Positions 20,379-29,695 of a stretch of 64,000 bases of DNA are shown one piece after another. The DNA is from an uncultured Methanosarcinales archaeon (GTDB taxonomy: Archaea; Nanobdellota; Nanobdellia; Woesearchaeales; CALCXY01), in NCBI GenBank assembly GCA_964385185.1, contig CAYLOA010000001.1, forward strand, positions 12,507 through 76,506, read 5' to 3'. Below the pieces are notes generated by a model that worked only from the letters and a program-made list of their open reading frames with translations, was not told the origin of the DNA and made no database searches. Position numbers and translations under genes: made by a program. Each line of letters opens with the position of its first letter. Positions within the stretch are counted from its first letter, which is position 1.

Positions 20379-21179
20379 TTAACCAAACAGCCCCGCAATT
20401 GAATCAAGATCTACTTTATCATCCTTTGGCTTCTCTTTAGATTCTTCCTTAGGCTCTTCTTTAGGTTCTTCCTTTTTATCAATATCCTCTTCAAAATCAG
20501 CATCTACTTCTAATCCTCTTCTATTCTTACGAGGTTTTGCAACTTTTTTTGCTTTTGGAGGTTTCTTCTCCTCCTTTGGCTCCTCTTCAGGCTCATCTAC
20601 TCGATCATCGATAACTTCATCATGTAAGTTAAATATTTCATTAACTCTTTTCTTCAATTTAACAAAAGCTTCAGATTGAGCTTTCTTATCCACCTTTCCA
20701 GCAGGAATATTCAAATTCTGCAAAGTATCATTTTCCATTCGTGGAATAATATGAATCATAAAATGTTGAGCTTTCTGTCCGGCAACAATACCATTAGCAA
20801 CAAAAATATTGGTACCCTGGCATTTGAATGCCTTCAAACACTGTTGAGAAAGATGTTTAGCTATAGAAAACACATGAGCCAATTCCTCTTCAGGAATTAA
20901 AGGCATGATTTGATAATGTTCTTTAGGCATCAACAAAATATGTCCAGGATTAGCAGGGTTAATATCCAAAACGGCAAGCACTCTTTCATCTTCATAGACT
21001 TTCTTAGATTGTACTTTCCCAGAAGTAATCTGACAGAATATACACTGTTGCTTTTGAAACTCTTTTAACTCCTCAGGAGACATATTTTTCAATTTCTCCT
21101 GTAATGCCTGTTGCTGTTCAGGAGTCATTTGTTGAGGAGCTTGCTCTTCTGCCATAAGACTTATAAAATAGGACTTCAT
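20379..21179 (-). CDS. HIT-family protein (paralogue A) with long K/E/P-rich C-terminal tail
   Basis: CIFCQI, NPANPGHILLMPKEH and the core AGQKAQHFMIHIIP (an H-x-M-x-H pattern). The C-terminal roughly 90 aa is low-complexity EPKEE-rich. Confidence 0.7.
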   Translation of the reverse strand: MKSYFISLMAEEQAPQQMTPEQQQALQEKLKNMSPEELKEFQKQQCIFCQITSGKVQSKKVYEDERVLAVLDINPANPGHILLMPKEHYQIMPLIPEEELAHVFSIAKHLSQQCLKAFKCQGTNIFVANGIVAGQKAQHFMIHIIPRMENDTLQNLNIPAGKVDKKAQSEAFVKLKKRVNEIFNLHDEVIDDRVDEPEEEPKEEKKPPKAKKVAKPRKNRRGLEVDADFEEDIDKKEEPKEEPKEESKEKPKDDKVDLDSIAGLFG

Positions 21180-21185
21180 ATAAAA

Positions 21186-21974
21186 ATGTTGGTATACATG
21201 CTGATAACACTAGACATTCACAAAAACATTGAAGCAAATGCTTCGGTCTATTATGAAAAAGCTAAGAAAGCTAAGAAAAAAATAGAGGGAGCTACATTAG
21301 CTCTAGAAAAAACAAGGGAAAAAATAGCAAAAGTTAAGGCAAAAAAAGAAGATATGTTGAAACGAGAAGAAGTTGCCAAAACAGCAAGAAAGAAAGAGTG
21401 GTATGAAAAATTCAGATGGTTCAGAACTTCATCAAATTTATTAGTTATTGGTGGTAGAGACGCCACCACAAATGAAATTATTATAAAAAAACATACAGAG
21501 AAAGGTGATTTAGTATTTCACACCGACATGGCAGGATCTCCATTCTTTGTAATCAAAGGAGAAGGAAAAGAAATCCCAGAATCATCCATCAAAGAGACAG
21601 CTGACGCTACCTGTACATTCTCCAGAGCTTGGAAACTAGGAATTTCTACCCAATCAGTATTTTATGTTAATCCAGATCAAGTAACCAAAGAAGCCAATTC
21701 AGGAGAATACCTCACCAAAGGAGCATTTATGGTGCGAGGTAAAACTAATTATACAGAAAATAAAATTAATTGTGCAATAGGGTTTACCGATAAAAAACAA
21801 CCGATGTGTGCATCTCTAGAATCGGTAAAAAAACATTGTAAACATCACTTAGTCATAGAACAAGGAGACAAAAAACCATCTGACCTTGCTAAAACCATTG
21901 CTAAGAAATTAGGTGGTGACTTAGATGATATTATACGAGCACTTCCTTCTGGTGGAATGCAACTACAGAAATAA
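21186..21974 (+). CDS. NFACT-R (DUF814) domain protein, short Rqc2/NEMF-like
   Basis: FRWFRTSSNLLVIGGRDATTNEIIIKKHTEKGDLVFHTDMAGSPFFVIKGEG matches the NFACT-R signature. A K-rich coiled coil precedes it. I moved the start to the ATG at 21186 to avoid overlapping the upstream HIT gene. Confidence 0.6.
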   Translation: MLVYMLITLDIHKNIEANASVYYEKAKKAKKKIEGATLALEKTREKIAKVKAKKEDMLKREEVAKTARKKEWYEKFRWFRTSSNLLVIGGRDATTNEIIIKKHTEKGDLVFHTDMAGSPFFVIKGEGKEIPESSIKETADATCTFSRAWKLGISTQSVFYVNPDQVTKEANSGEYLTKGAFMVRGKTNYTENKINCAIGFTDKKQPMCASLESVKKHCKHHLVIEQGDKKPSDLAKTIAKKLGGDLDDIIRALPSGGMQLQK

Positions 21975-22493
21975 TTATTTCTTCTTACCTTTCTTTTTCC
22001 TACCGTTAGCTTTCTTCTTTCGAGCCATCACTCCAGGATAATTGGGTATAACCTCGTGATGGGTTTCTCTAACCATAACTTTAATCTGCTCTAAATCCTT
22101 TTGCATGTCGGTAATTTCCCGTTCAGCTTTCCGATTAACTGCATAATCATACTTTGCATTAATTCTATCTCTCTCAGTCTGACGATTACCACTCATAAGA
22201 ATAATAGGGGCCTGAAATGCTGCAAGCATACTTAATACAAAGTTCAATAAAATAAACGGATACGGATCCCAGTGATTGATATAAGCAGTAACATTTATTA
22301 TAATCCATACAATAAGTGCAAACAATAATCCAAGAATAAAAGTCCAGCTACCAGCCCACTCACTCAGATTATCAGCAGCCTTTTGTCCTGCAGTAAGATC
22401 TTTACCCAAAGCAGGATGTAACTTATGATGTTTATGGATCAACCCTTTAATATTAGCAAATAGGTGATTACCATTCTTCTTTCCATTCCCCAT
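21975..22493 (-). CDS. DUF1003-family membrane protein
   Basis: Two TM helices followed by ...ILMSGNRQTERDRINAKYDYAVNRKAEREI, which is a DUF1003-like motif. There is a K-rich C-terminus. Confidence 0.55.
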   Translation of the reverse strand: MGNGKKNGNHLFANIKGLIHKHHKLHPALGKDLTAGQKAADNLSEWAGSWTFILGLLFALIVWIIINVTAYINHWDPYPFILLNFVLSMLAAFQAPIILMSGNRQTERDRINAKYDYAVNRKAEREITDMQKDLEQIKVMVRETHHEVIPNYPGVMARKKKANGRKKKGKKK

Positions 22494-22672
22494 TATACAT
22501 ATTACAGAAGTTATGATATTTAAAAGTGCCTAATCGTCTAAAGTCCATCACAAATCCAAACATTTATATACATAAAAAAGTACATAATTACATATCATTT
22601 TAAGAATATAGAAATATACATAAAATTATACATAATAAACCTAAAAACTACCCATCAAGAAGGAAATAAACC

Positions 22673-22819
22673 ATGAAATTACAATACGACACCAATAATC
22701 AGTTCAAAGTAACTCTTCCTAAGAAGATTCTAGAAGCTATGGGCTGGAAAAAAGGAGATAAAATCAAAGTTGAGTTAGATGCTTTCAACAACTTAGTTCT
22801 AAAAAATGAAGATAAATAA
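22673..22819 (+). CDS. small AbrB/SpoVT-family DNA-binding protein (48 aa)
   Basis: MKLQYDTNNQFKVTLPKKILEAMGWKKGDKIKVELDAFNNLVLKN is a looped-hinge-helix signature. It overlaps the next gene by 14 nt. It is below the ORF-track cutoff. Confidence 0.5.
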   Translation: MKLQYDTNNQFKVTLPKKILEAMGWKKGDKIKVELDAFNNLVLKNEDK

Positions 22820-23576
22820 CATCCTAAAAAGAAAAAACAACTCCAAGAAAGGAGATCATGGTAGAGTCCTCATTGTAGGAGGATCAGAAAAATACGTAGG
22901 TGCACTTACCTTAGCAGGGATTGCAGCCCTAAGAATTACTGATTGGGTCACCATAGCAGCACCAGAAAAAGTGGCTTGGGCAATTAACACTCTAAGCCCA
23001 GACCTCGTAACAGTAAAACTCAAAGGAACTCACATTCAATCTTCACATATTAAGAAACTTACACGTCTTGCGAAGGGGCATGACGTATTACTGCTTGGCA
23101 TCGGTATGGGTCTTACATCAAATAGTACAGCGAGAGCCCTCGCCAAACTCCCATTACCGAAGGTGATTGATGCCGATGCCCTAAAAGCAGTTTCAATAAA
23201 ACAAACAAAAAACGCAATACTTACTCCACACCAAAAGGAATTCACAACGTTACTAAAGAATTCAAAATTAAATAAAAATAATTTCCAAAAAGAACTCAAA
23301 GAAAACATCCTACTCATCAAAGGACCAAGGGATTTTATTTTTTCCCAAAAAAAACAGAAAATAAACAACAAAGGTAATCCAGGAATGACAAGAGCAGGCA
23401 CAGGGGATGTCCTTGCAGGAGTTATTGCTGGATTGTTAGCAAGAAAGGTGTCATTGTTCAATGCTGCAGACCAAGGGGTTCTACTTACCACTAAAGCAGC
23501 CGACCAGTTGAACAAGAAACATAAATATTGTTATCTTGCATCTGAACTAGCAGATGATATCAAGAGGTACATCTAA
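22806..23576 (+). CDS. ADP-dependent NAD(P)H-hydrate dehydratase (YjeF C-terminal/carbohydrate kinase-like)
   Basis: GDHGRVLIVGGSEKYVGALTLAGIAALR and GTGDVLAGVIAGLLAR motifs. Confidence 0.75.
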   Translation: MKINNILKRKNNSKKGDHGRVLIVGGSEKYVGALTLAGIAALRITDWVTIAAPEKVAWAINTLSPDLVTVKLKGTHIQSSHIKKLTRLAKGHDVLLLGIGMGLTSNSTARALAKLPLPKVIDADALKAVSIKQTKNAILTPHQKEFTTLLKNSKLNKNNFQKELKENILLIKGPRDFIFSQKKQKINNKGNPGMTRAGTGDVLAGVIAGLLARKVSLFNAADQGVLLTTKAADQLNKKHKYCYLASELADDIKRYI

Positions 23577-25303
23577 TGACGGGCATATTTGTTGATATGG
23601 GGGTTATCATCATTGCTGCCACTATATTAGGTATCGTCTTTAGGTTCATAAAACAACCATTAATTCCTGCCTATGTGTTAGCAGGAATAATTCTAGGGCC
23701 CAAGATACTCGGAATCATAACTGACTTTGAAGTCATCAAAGTATTAGGGGAAATTGGTATTGCATTTCTATTGTTCGTTGTAGGAATCGAATTAGACTTC
23801 TCAAAACTCAAAGATATTGGGTGGATTGCCTCGATCGGTGGAACCATAAAAACAGTCATTATGTTCTCAATGGGATACATCATTGCCATCTACTCAGGCG
23901 TCTTTGTCCATATTGAAGCAATCTATGTAGGATTAATCGTTGCATTCTCCTCAACCATGATTGTCATCAAACTACTTGCCGATAAAAGAGAGATTGACAC
24001 CCTTCATGGAAGAATTGTGATTGGAATCTTACTACTAGAAGATTTCCTAGCCATCCTTGCCATGTCAATGTTGGGGTCAATTAACGATGTTACGGTGATG
24101 TTCCTCTTTGTAGCTGCATTAAAAGGATTCTTCATCTTTGCCATGATACTGTTCTCCTCAAGATTCATTTTCCCACTGTTATTCAAATTCGCAGCTAAAT
24201 CTCAAGAATTATTATTCCTATTATCTGTAACCACCCTTTTCATCTTTGCAATCGGAATAAACTACATGGGATTCTCAATTGCAATTGGAGCATTCGCAGC
24301 AGGAGTAGCTATTGGAAACCTACCTTACAACTTTCAGATCATCGGGAAAATTAAACCACTGAGAGACTACTTCGCAACATTATTCTTTGCAACATTAGGG
24401 CTAGAATTGGTATTCACTTCAGTAGAAACCATTATTGTGCCATTATTAATCTTATTATTCTTAGTGGTAGTCTTAAAACCTTTAGTAGTAATCGTAATCA
24501 CTTCGGTCTTTGGATACACCAGAAAAACATCCTTCATGGCAGGAATAAACCTAGCCCAAGTATCAGAATTCTCCTTAATAATTGTAGCAGAAGGAATGCT
24601 TATTGGTCAGATTAGTAGAGAAATTTTCTCAATTGCAGTTATCCTTGCCATTATTACAATCGTTATGACTTCATATTTCGTAAAATTCGATAAAGGATTA
24701 TATAGGATTGTAAAACCATTCCTTAAACCCCTAAACTTAATCAGAACCAAAAAGAAAAAACTATCCTACATGCCCAACGAAGGAAAATATAAAGCAATCC
24801 TCTTAGGATATGACCGAATTGGATTCTCAATTATGAAAGCTTTCAAAAAACTCAATAAAAAATTCATCGTGGTAGACTTCAATCCCGATATTATCAAGAG
24901 ATTAATTAAAGAAAAAATCCCGTGTATCTATGGTGATATTGGAGATCTCGAAATATTGGAAAGACTTGATCTTAATCGTGCTGAAATTGTCATTTCAACC
25001 GTCCCAGAACTAAAAGATAACAAAAATCTTATTTCCTATGTCAAAGAAAGAAACAAAAGAGCCTCCATTTTCGTAACAGCCAATAGAATACATGAAGCAT
25101 TGGATCTCTATGAAGCAAAAGCAGACTATGTAATCCTCCCACATTTCCTCGGAGGACACCACGTATCCTTAATGTTAGAAAATACCACAGGAAATCTCTC
25201 CTCATTATTAAAAAATAAGATTAATCACATTACAGAGTTAAAAAAGAGAAAAGACATGGGATTCGAACATCCTAAAGTAAGAAGGGATAAGGAAGAAACC
25301 TAA
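23576..25303 (+). CDS. monovalent cation:proton antiporter (CPA2/Kef-type) with C-terminal RCK/TrkA-N domain
   Basis: About 12 TM helices followed by a Rossmann-like RCK domain (KAILLGYDRIGFSIMKAF...VVDFNPD). It overlaps the upstream stop as TAATG. Confidence 0.85.
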   Translation: MTGIFVDMGVIIIAATILGIVFRFIKQPLIPAYVLAGIILGPKILGIITDFEVIKVLGEIGIAFLLFVVGIELDFSKLKDIGWIASIGGTIKTVIMFSMGYIIAIYSGVFVHIEAIYVGLIVAFSSTMIVIKLLADKREIDTLHGRIVIGILLLEDFLAILAMSMLGSINDVTVMFLFVAALKGFFIFAMILFSSRFIFPLLFKFAAKSQELLFLLSVTTLFIFAIGINYMGFSIAIGAFAAGVAIGNLPYNFQIIGKIKPLRDYFATLFFATLGLELVFTSVETIIVPLLILLFLVVVLKPLVVIVITSVFGYTRKTSFMAGINLAQVSEFSLIIVAEGMLIGQISREIFSIAVILAIITIVMTSYFVKFDKGLYRIVKPFLKPLNLIRTKKKKLSYMPNEGKYKAILLGYDRIGFSIMKAFKKLNKKFIVVDFNPDIIKRLIKEKIPCIYGDIGDLEILERLDLNRAEIVISTVPELKDNKNLISYVKERNKRASIFVTANRIHEALDLYEAKADYVILPHFLGGHHVSLMLENTTGNLSSLLKNKINHITELKKRKDMGFEHPKVRRDKEET

Positions 25304-25352
25304 GAAAGATTAATAAACTCTCCACACTAAGGAGAAATGAAGAAAAAAGAAA

Positions 25353-26909
25353 ATGGCAGACGTTTGGAACCCACACTTGGAAGCTTCATCTAAAATATTG
25401 ATGAAGTTTGGATTTATTAAGAAAGAGTATGCTAAAGAGTACTCCATTCTTCCAGAAAAAGAGAGAAATAAGAAAATAGACAATCTAACAGAAGATGAAG
25501 CAGACAAACAAGCTGATTTGGATGAAGAAGAGGTAGGAAAAGATCAATTAGTCTTAGTAAATTTCCCCAAACCTACACATAAATATAGATTAGTGTATGA
25601 AACACACAAAGGAAACATAGAGGAAACCTATTTTTGGATTCTTAACTATCTCAGATATGATATGCACTTCACCCAGATTGAAAAAATAACAGATATCTTT
25701 GCAGCTGCTGAAACAAGTGCGTTTGAAGGTGTGAGACAACAACGAGTAGGACTCCAACAAGACAAAGTCTCTGGATTTTTAGCCACCATTGGAAAAATGG
25801 TCAAAGAATTGTTCCAATTAGTGAGAGAACTTAGAATTATCGATGAAAGATTGGCCTACTATGAAGACTCATTCACCACATCTAAAAGTCATGAGAGTGC
25901 TGAAATCACATTGAAAGGTATTTGGATCGATCAAGTAGAGGGAGGATCAAAAAACCCAGCTTCCATTTTCGGATTATCTAAAGAACTACAATTTACAACA
26001 TTACCTGATCTCTTTTTTGCAATCCACCCTAAAGAACCAACCGATGTGGATGAAGTTGTGGATGCACTAGAATTCAATCGAAAGGTCAAAGAAGTCCTCA
26101 AAAGAAAATTAAGATCATTTATGGAATGGAAAGTAAGAACCTATGATGAGATGAAAAATAGAAGAATTTTCACCATTCAATATCTGAGACAACACTTTGA
26201 TATCATCAAAATGTATATGCAATGGGTAAAACCCTACTTAAGAACCATCAAAAGATTAGGATACGACATTAAGAAGACAAAATCTCCTGATCTTGTTGCC
26301 GCTTTCGAAGGATCCATGATTGAGGTAGAATTTGCTGGAGTATTCTACCCAAGAGGAAACAAAGAGTATAGAACTGTCTTGGTCATGCATTTTGACCTAC
26401 GTACACGTCCACAGATGAACTTTCAGGCAGAAGGATACAATCGAGGCCCACTACATACAGGAGAAGCTAAAGTCACCTGGAGAGGGTATACCTGGACCGA
26501 TGAAGAACTCAAAAAATACATTGGTATGCGAGAATCAGAAGACATGGAGTTATTAGCTTCCGTAGATCGATCAGTAGAAGCAGCCATGGAAGCTTTAGGA
26601 GATGAACTAGAAGGATATCTGCAACAAGCAGGAGAAGATATCTCCTTTGAAAAAGAACTAAAAGGAAAAAAGAAAGAAAAAGAGAAGCCAAAAATGCCAG
26701 GATTATTTGATCCGTTATTTTCAGTCTTCAAAGGAGTAGGTGATGCAGCTAAGTTTGCAACACCTGACATTAAGATGAAAAAAAAGAAAGCAACATTAAG
26801 TTCCTATCAAAAAGAAAAAGAAATTGCTGCTGCTAAAAAAGATTTAGTAGTAAGAATGTGGACTTGTTATAAAAATTACAAGAAGAGTCATAAAATGATT
26901 GCGTGGTAA
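25353..26909 (+). CDS. hypothetical protein (518 aa), first gene of uncharacterised operon
   Basis: Long complex ORF with no recognisable motif. The C-terminus is K/E-rich. Confidence 0.6.
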   Translation: MADVWNPHLEASSKILMKFGFIKKEYAKEYSILPEKERNKKIDNLTEDEADKQADLDEEEVGKDQLVLVNFPKPTHKYRLVYETHKGNIEETYFWILNYLRYDMHFTQIEKITDIFAAAETSAFEGVRQQRVGLQQDKVSGFLATIGKMVKELFQLVRELRIIDERLAYYEDSFTTSKSHESAEITLKGIWIDQVEGGSKNPASIFGLSKELQFTTLPDLFFAIHPKEPTDVDEVVDALEFNRKVKEVLKRKLRSFMEWKVRTYDEMKNRRIFTIQYLRQHFDIIKMYMQWVKPYLRTIKRLGYDIKKTKSPDLVAAFEGSMIEVEFAGVFYPRGNKEYRTVLVMHFDLRTRPQMNFQAEGYNRGPLHTGEAKVTWRGYTWTDEELKKYIGMRESEDMELLASVDRSVEAAMEALGDELEGYLQQAGEDISFEKELKGKKKEKEKPKMPGLFDPLFSVFKGVGDAAKFATPDIKMKKKKATLSSYQKEKEIAAAKKDLVVRMWTCYKNYKKSHKMIAW

Positions 26910-26918
26910 ATCGAAAAA

Positions 26919-27506
26919 ATGCCAAAACTAGACGAATTAAAAAAATTACATCCTGAAGATAGATTGAAGAGGTTAAAAGAATTAGAAAAAGAAAGAAAAG
27001 AAGAAATTGAAGAAGCAAAAGAGATGGTTAAACAATCTAATGAAGAGATTGCCGAAGAAGACCTCATCAAACGGATGAATCCTCCTGAAGCTGAAGAAAT
27101 ACAAGTAGAAAAACTATTCAGACCTCGAGAAGAACCTATCGAATCAAAAGTAGAACCCTTAAAACCTGAAGTTGAAGAAGAAGCTTCTTTAGAATCAGAA
27201 TTAAGTGGTGTCCCTTCACTCCCTCCAGAACAAGAGATTGCTCAAACAGCTATGTATCAAGTAAATCAACTTGAACAAGATCTAAGAGGACAATCAACCG
27301 ATTCCATCTATAAATCCATGTCTACTATGATGGAACAACCGCAAGATTCCATGTCACAATACCAAAGAAATAAAATAGAAGCAGCATATAATATCATGAA
27401 AGAGCGAGATGACCTCTACGGAGACTCAGCTGGTCAAAAAATTCAAGGATCAGCATCCAAGATACTCTCTTTACATGAAAGAATAAAACAGGACTACCAA
27501 AGCTAA
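26919..27506 (+). CDS. hypothetical acidic coiled-coil protein (195 aa)
   Basis: Starts 10 nt after the previous stop. Composition is E/K-rich (KRLKELEKERKEEIEEAKEM...). Confidence 0.55.
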   Translation: MPKLDELKKLHPEDRLKRLKELEKERKEEIEEAKEMVKQSNEEIAEEDLIKRMNPPEAEEIQVEKLFRPREEPIESKVEPLKPEVEEEASLESELSGVPSLPPEQEIAQTAMYQVNQLEQDLRGQSTDSIYKSMSTMMEQPQDSMSQYQRNKIEAAYNIMKERDDLYGDSAGQKIQGSASKILSLHERIKQDYQS

Positions 27507-27507
27507 A

Positions 27508-29613
27508 ATGCAATTTAACCAATCGTACCAATCACCGATGGAAAAGCCGGAAGTCATTGATCTAGATAACCATGCACCGTATTCTGCCGAAAGGCATGAA
27601 GAACCCGATATTGAGAAGCCTATTTTCCCTATGAATCGTCTGGGACAATCAGTAACAGAAGGATCACGATTTGGATCATTCTTCCAGACTGCTACCGGAG
27701 CAATTAGAGCAGGAGCAGGAAAAGTAGAATTACAACTGGGTATGGGTGGAGGCGCCGAACCCGTAGGAGCTGAAGCATATGGAGTTGAAGCAAGAGAAGC
27801 CCTGAGAGAAATGGCCAAAGCAAATCAAGTTGAATTCTCATCAGTCCACTCACCATCACAAATTGGAAACATGAGTGGTTTCGCAGGACCAGAAAGAGGA
27901 TTTGATGATGCACAAAGAAAGGTAGAGTTAGATGAAGTAAAATCAGCCATAGACTTTGCCGCAGATACAGCAGGAAAAGGGGCAGTTGTTGTCCACACAG
28001 GAGAATATCAGAGACCTATTTCAGAAGCAGCTTGGGCCCATGATGAGGAAGGTAATAGAATCTTCACAGGATATGAAGAAGAGGAAGAACGTGCAATCCT
28101 CCCATTAGTAGATAAAAGAACAGGAAGTGTTATCCAACAAGTGAGGAAAAACCAAATAGTTGCAAGAGCACAATGGAATAGGTATGACGAGACCAATAAA
28201 AAATTACAAGGAGAAAAACATGGAGAATCTTATGTGGATGATAAAGGTCAACACGTTGATCAAGGGGATTATGTCGACTATGAAGGAAACAAAGTAAATT
28301 TCAAAGATCGAGTTCCTGTCTATGACGAAGAAAAAAATACCTTCATTGTTAAGCAACAAAAATGGGAAGATTTCGAACAAGAAGCTGATGAACGAAATAG
28401 GGAATTAGCGAGAGAATTAGGAAAAGATATGAGTGAATTAACAGATGAGGAAAGAATTACACCAGAAAAAGCCTTATTGATAGCTACCACAGAAACGCAA
28501 GAAAAGATTGCAGAAGGATGGGCAGATAATTACGGATTACGATTACGAGATACCTTCAAAGAAATTGATAAATTGAAACATGCTCTTGCCCATTGGAAGA
28601 AAGTGGAAGAATCCGTTCCTGAAGATGATCAATATCAACTTTTACAAGGAGAATCAGGAAAACAGTTTTCACAACAGACCAATTTAATCCCAGAAGAAAG
28701 AAAATTACCTTCAGAAATTATTGCAAAAAATTTGAATAATTCAAGAGAAGAAATTGAGTCCTTAAAAGAAATGGTTACCGGTCAAAAACAACAAGCTGAA
28801 GAGGCAAGAATCCAAAGAGAAAACGCAATCACCATTGAAAACTATGCAAAAAATAAATCCATTAAATCATATGCTGAATTAGGAATATACGCCCTGGATG
28901 TATCTGCAGATAATCCTCACACAAAAGGAGATTTGTTTATTGCTGCAGAAAATATTTTCCCAGAAATGGGATATGGATCACATCCACAAGAAATGACTGA
29001 ATTGATCCAAAAATCTAGGAAAAAAATGGCAGAACAATTAGTCACGAGTAGAAATTTCTCAGAAGAACAAGCTCAACAAGCAGCCGAAGAACACATTAAA
29101 GCGACCATTGATCTTCAACATTTAGGGATGTGGAGGAAAAACTTTGTAGCGCAAGGCGATGAATCTAAACAAGAAACAGATCAACGTTTTGAAAAATGGT
29201 ATATGGAAGAATTCAAAAAAATGGAAGAGAAAGGTATTATCGGACATATGCACGTTGTTGACGGTTTTGGAAGACAACATACTCACTTGCCCCCTGGCCA
29301 AGGAACGTTACCAATTAAAGAAGCATTACAATATCTGAAGAAAAAAGGATACAAAGGAGATCTTACTTCAGAAGGTTTTGCTGAAGGACAATTCGGCCCA
29401 GCTAGAATTATTTCTAAATTCTGGGAGACGAATGGGTCACCCATCTATTCAAAAGGATTTAGTGGAACTACAGGCGCTGCATCATCACCTCAATCTAAAT
29501 GGTCTAATGTTGAACACTCTTATTTTGGACAGACATACTCACCTAACTTCGTCTTTGGCTCATATAGTCCAAGTAATGATTGGTCATTATGGTCACAGAC
29601 TCCAATGGAATAA
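27508..29613 (+). CDS. xylose isomerase-like TIM-barrel (AP endonuclease family 2-like) protein with large charged insertion
   Basis: Starts 2 nt after the previous stop. By eye, VHSPSQIGNMSGF, AVVVHTGEY, ALDVSADNPH/LFIAAENIF, GHMHVVDGFGRQHTHLPPGQGTLP and LTSEGF resemble the metal-binding strands of Nfo and sugar-phosphate-isomerase barrels. Residues roughly 170-455 are charged low-complexity sequence. Confidence 0.55.
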   Translation: MQFNQSYQSPMEKPEVIDLDNHAPYSAERHEEPDIEKPIFPMNRLGQSVTEGSRFGSFFQTATGAIRAGAGKVELQLGMGGGAEPVGAEAYGVEAREALREMAKANQVEFSSVHSPSQIGNMSGFAGPERGFDDAQRKVELDEVKSAIDFAADTAGKGAVVVHTGEYQRPISEAAWAHDEEGNRIFTGYEEEEERAILPLVDKRTGSVIQQVRKNQIVARAQWNRYDETNKKLQGEKHGESYVDDKGQHVDQGDYVDYEGNKVNFKDRVPVYDEEKNTFIVKQQKWEDFEQEADERNRELARELGKDMSELTDEERITPEKALLIATTETQEKIAEGWADNYGLRLRDTFKEIDKLKHALAHWKKVEESVPEDDQYQLLQGESGKQFSQQTNLIPEERKLPSEIIAKNLNNSREEIESLKEMVTGQKQQAEEARIQRENAITIENYAKNKSIKSYAELGIYALDVSADNPHTKGDLFIAAENIFPEMGYGSHPQEMTELIQKSRKKMAEQLVTSRNFSEEQAQQAAEEHIKATIDLQHLGMWRKNFVAQGDESKQETDQRFEKWYMEEFKKMEEKGIIGHMHVVDGFGRQHTHLPPGQGTLPIKEALQYLKKKGYKGDLTSEGFAEGQFGPARIISKFWETNGSPIYSKGFSGTTGAASSPQSKWSNVEHSYFGQTYSPNFVFGSYSPSNDWSLWSQTPME

Positions 29614-29695
29614 GCCATAGAGTTGATAATTCTAGCTCAAAGTATAAACATTTATAAAGATAAAAGCAATTTATTCTATTAGTGCGTGGTTTATT

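Noticed and set aside
25255-25275. ggattcgaac motif resembling a tRNA T-loop (minus strand)
   Set aside because: The flanking sequence does not form T-stem or acceptor pairing, and it lies inside the KefB coding frame. It looks coincidental.
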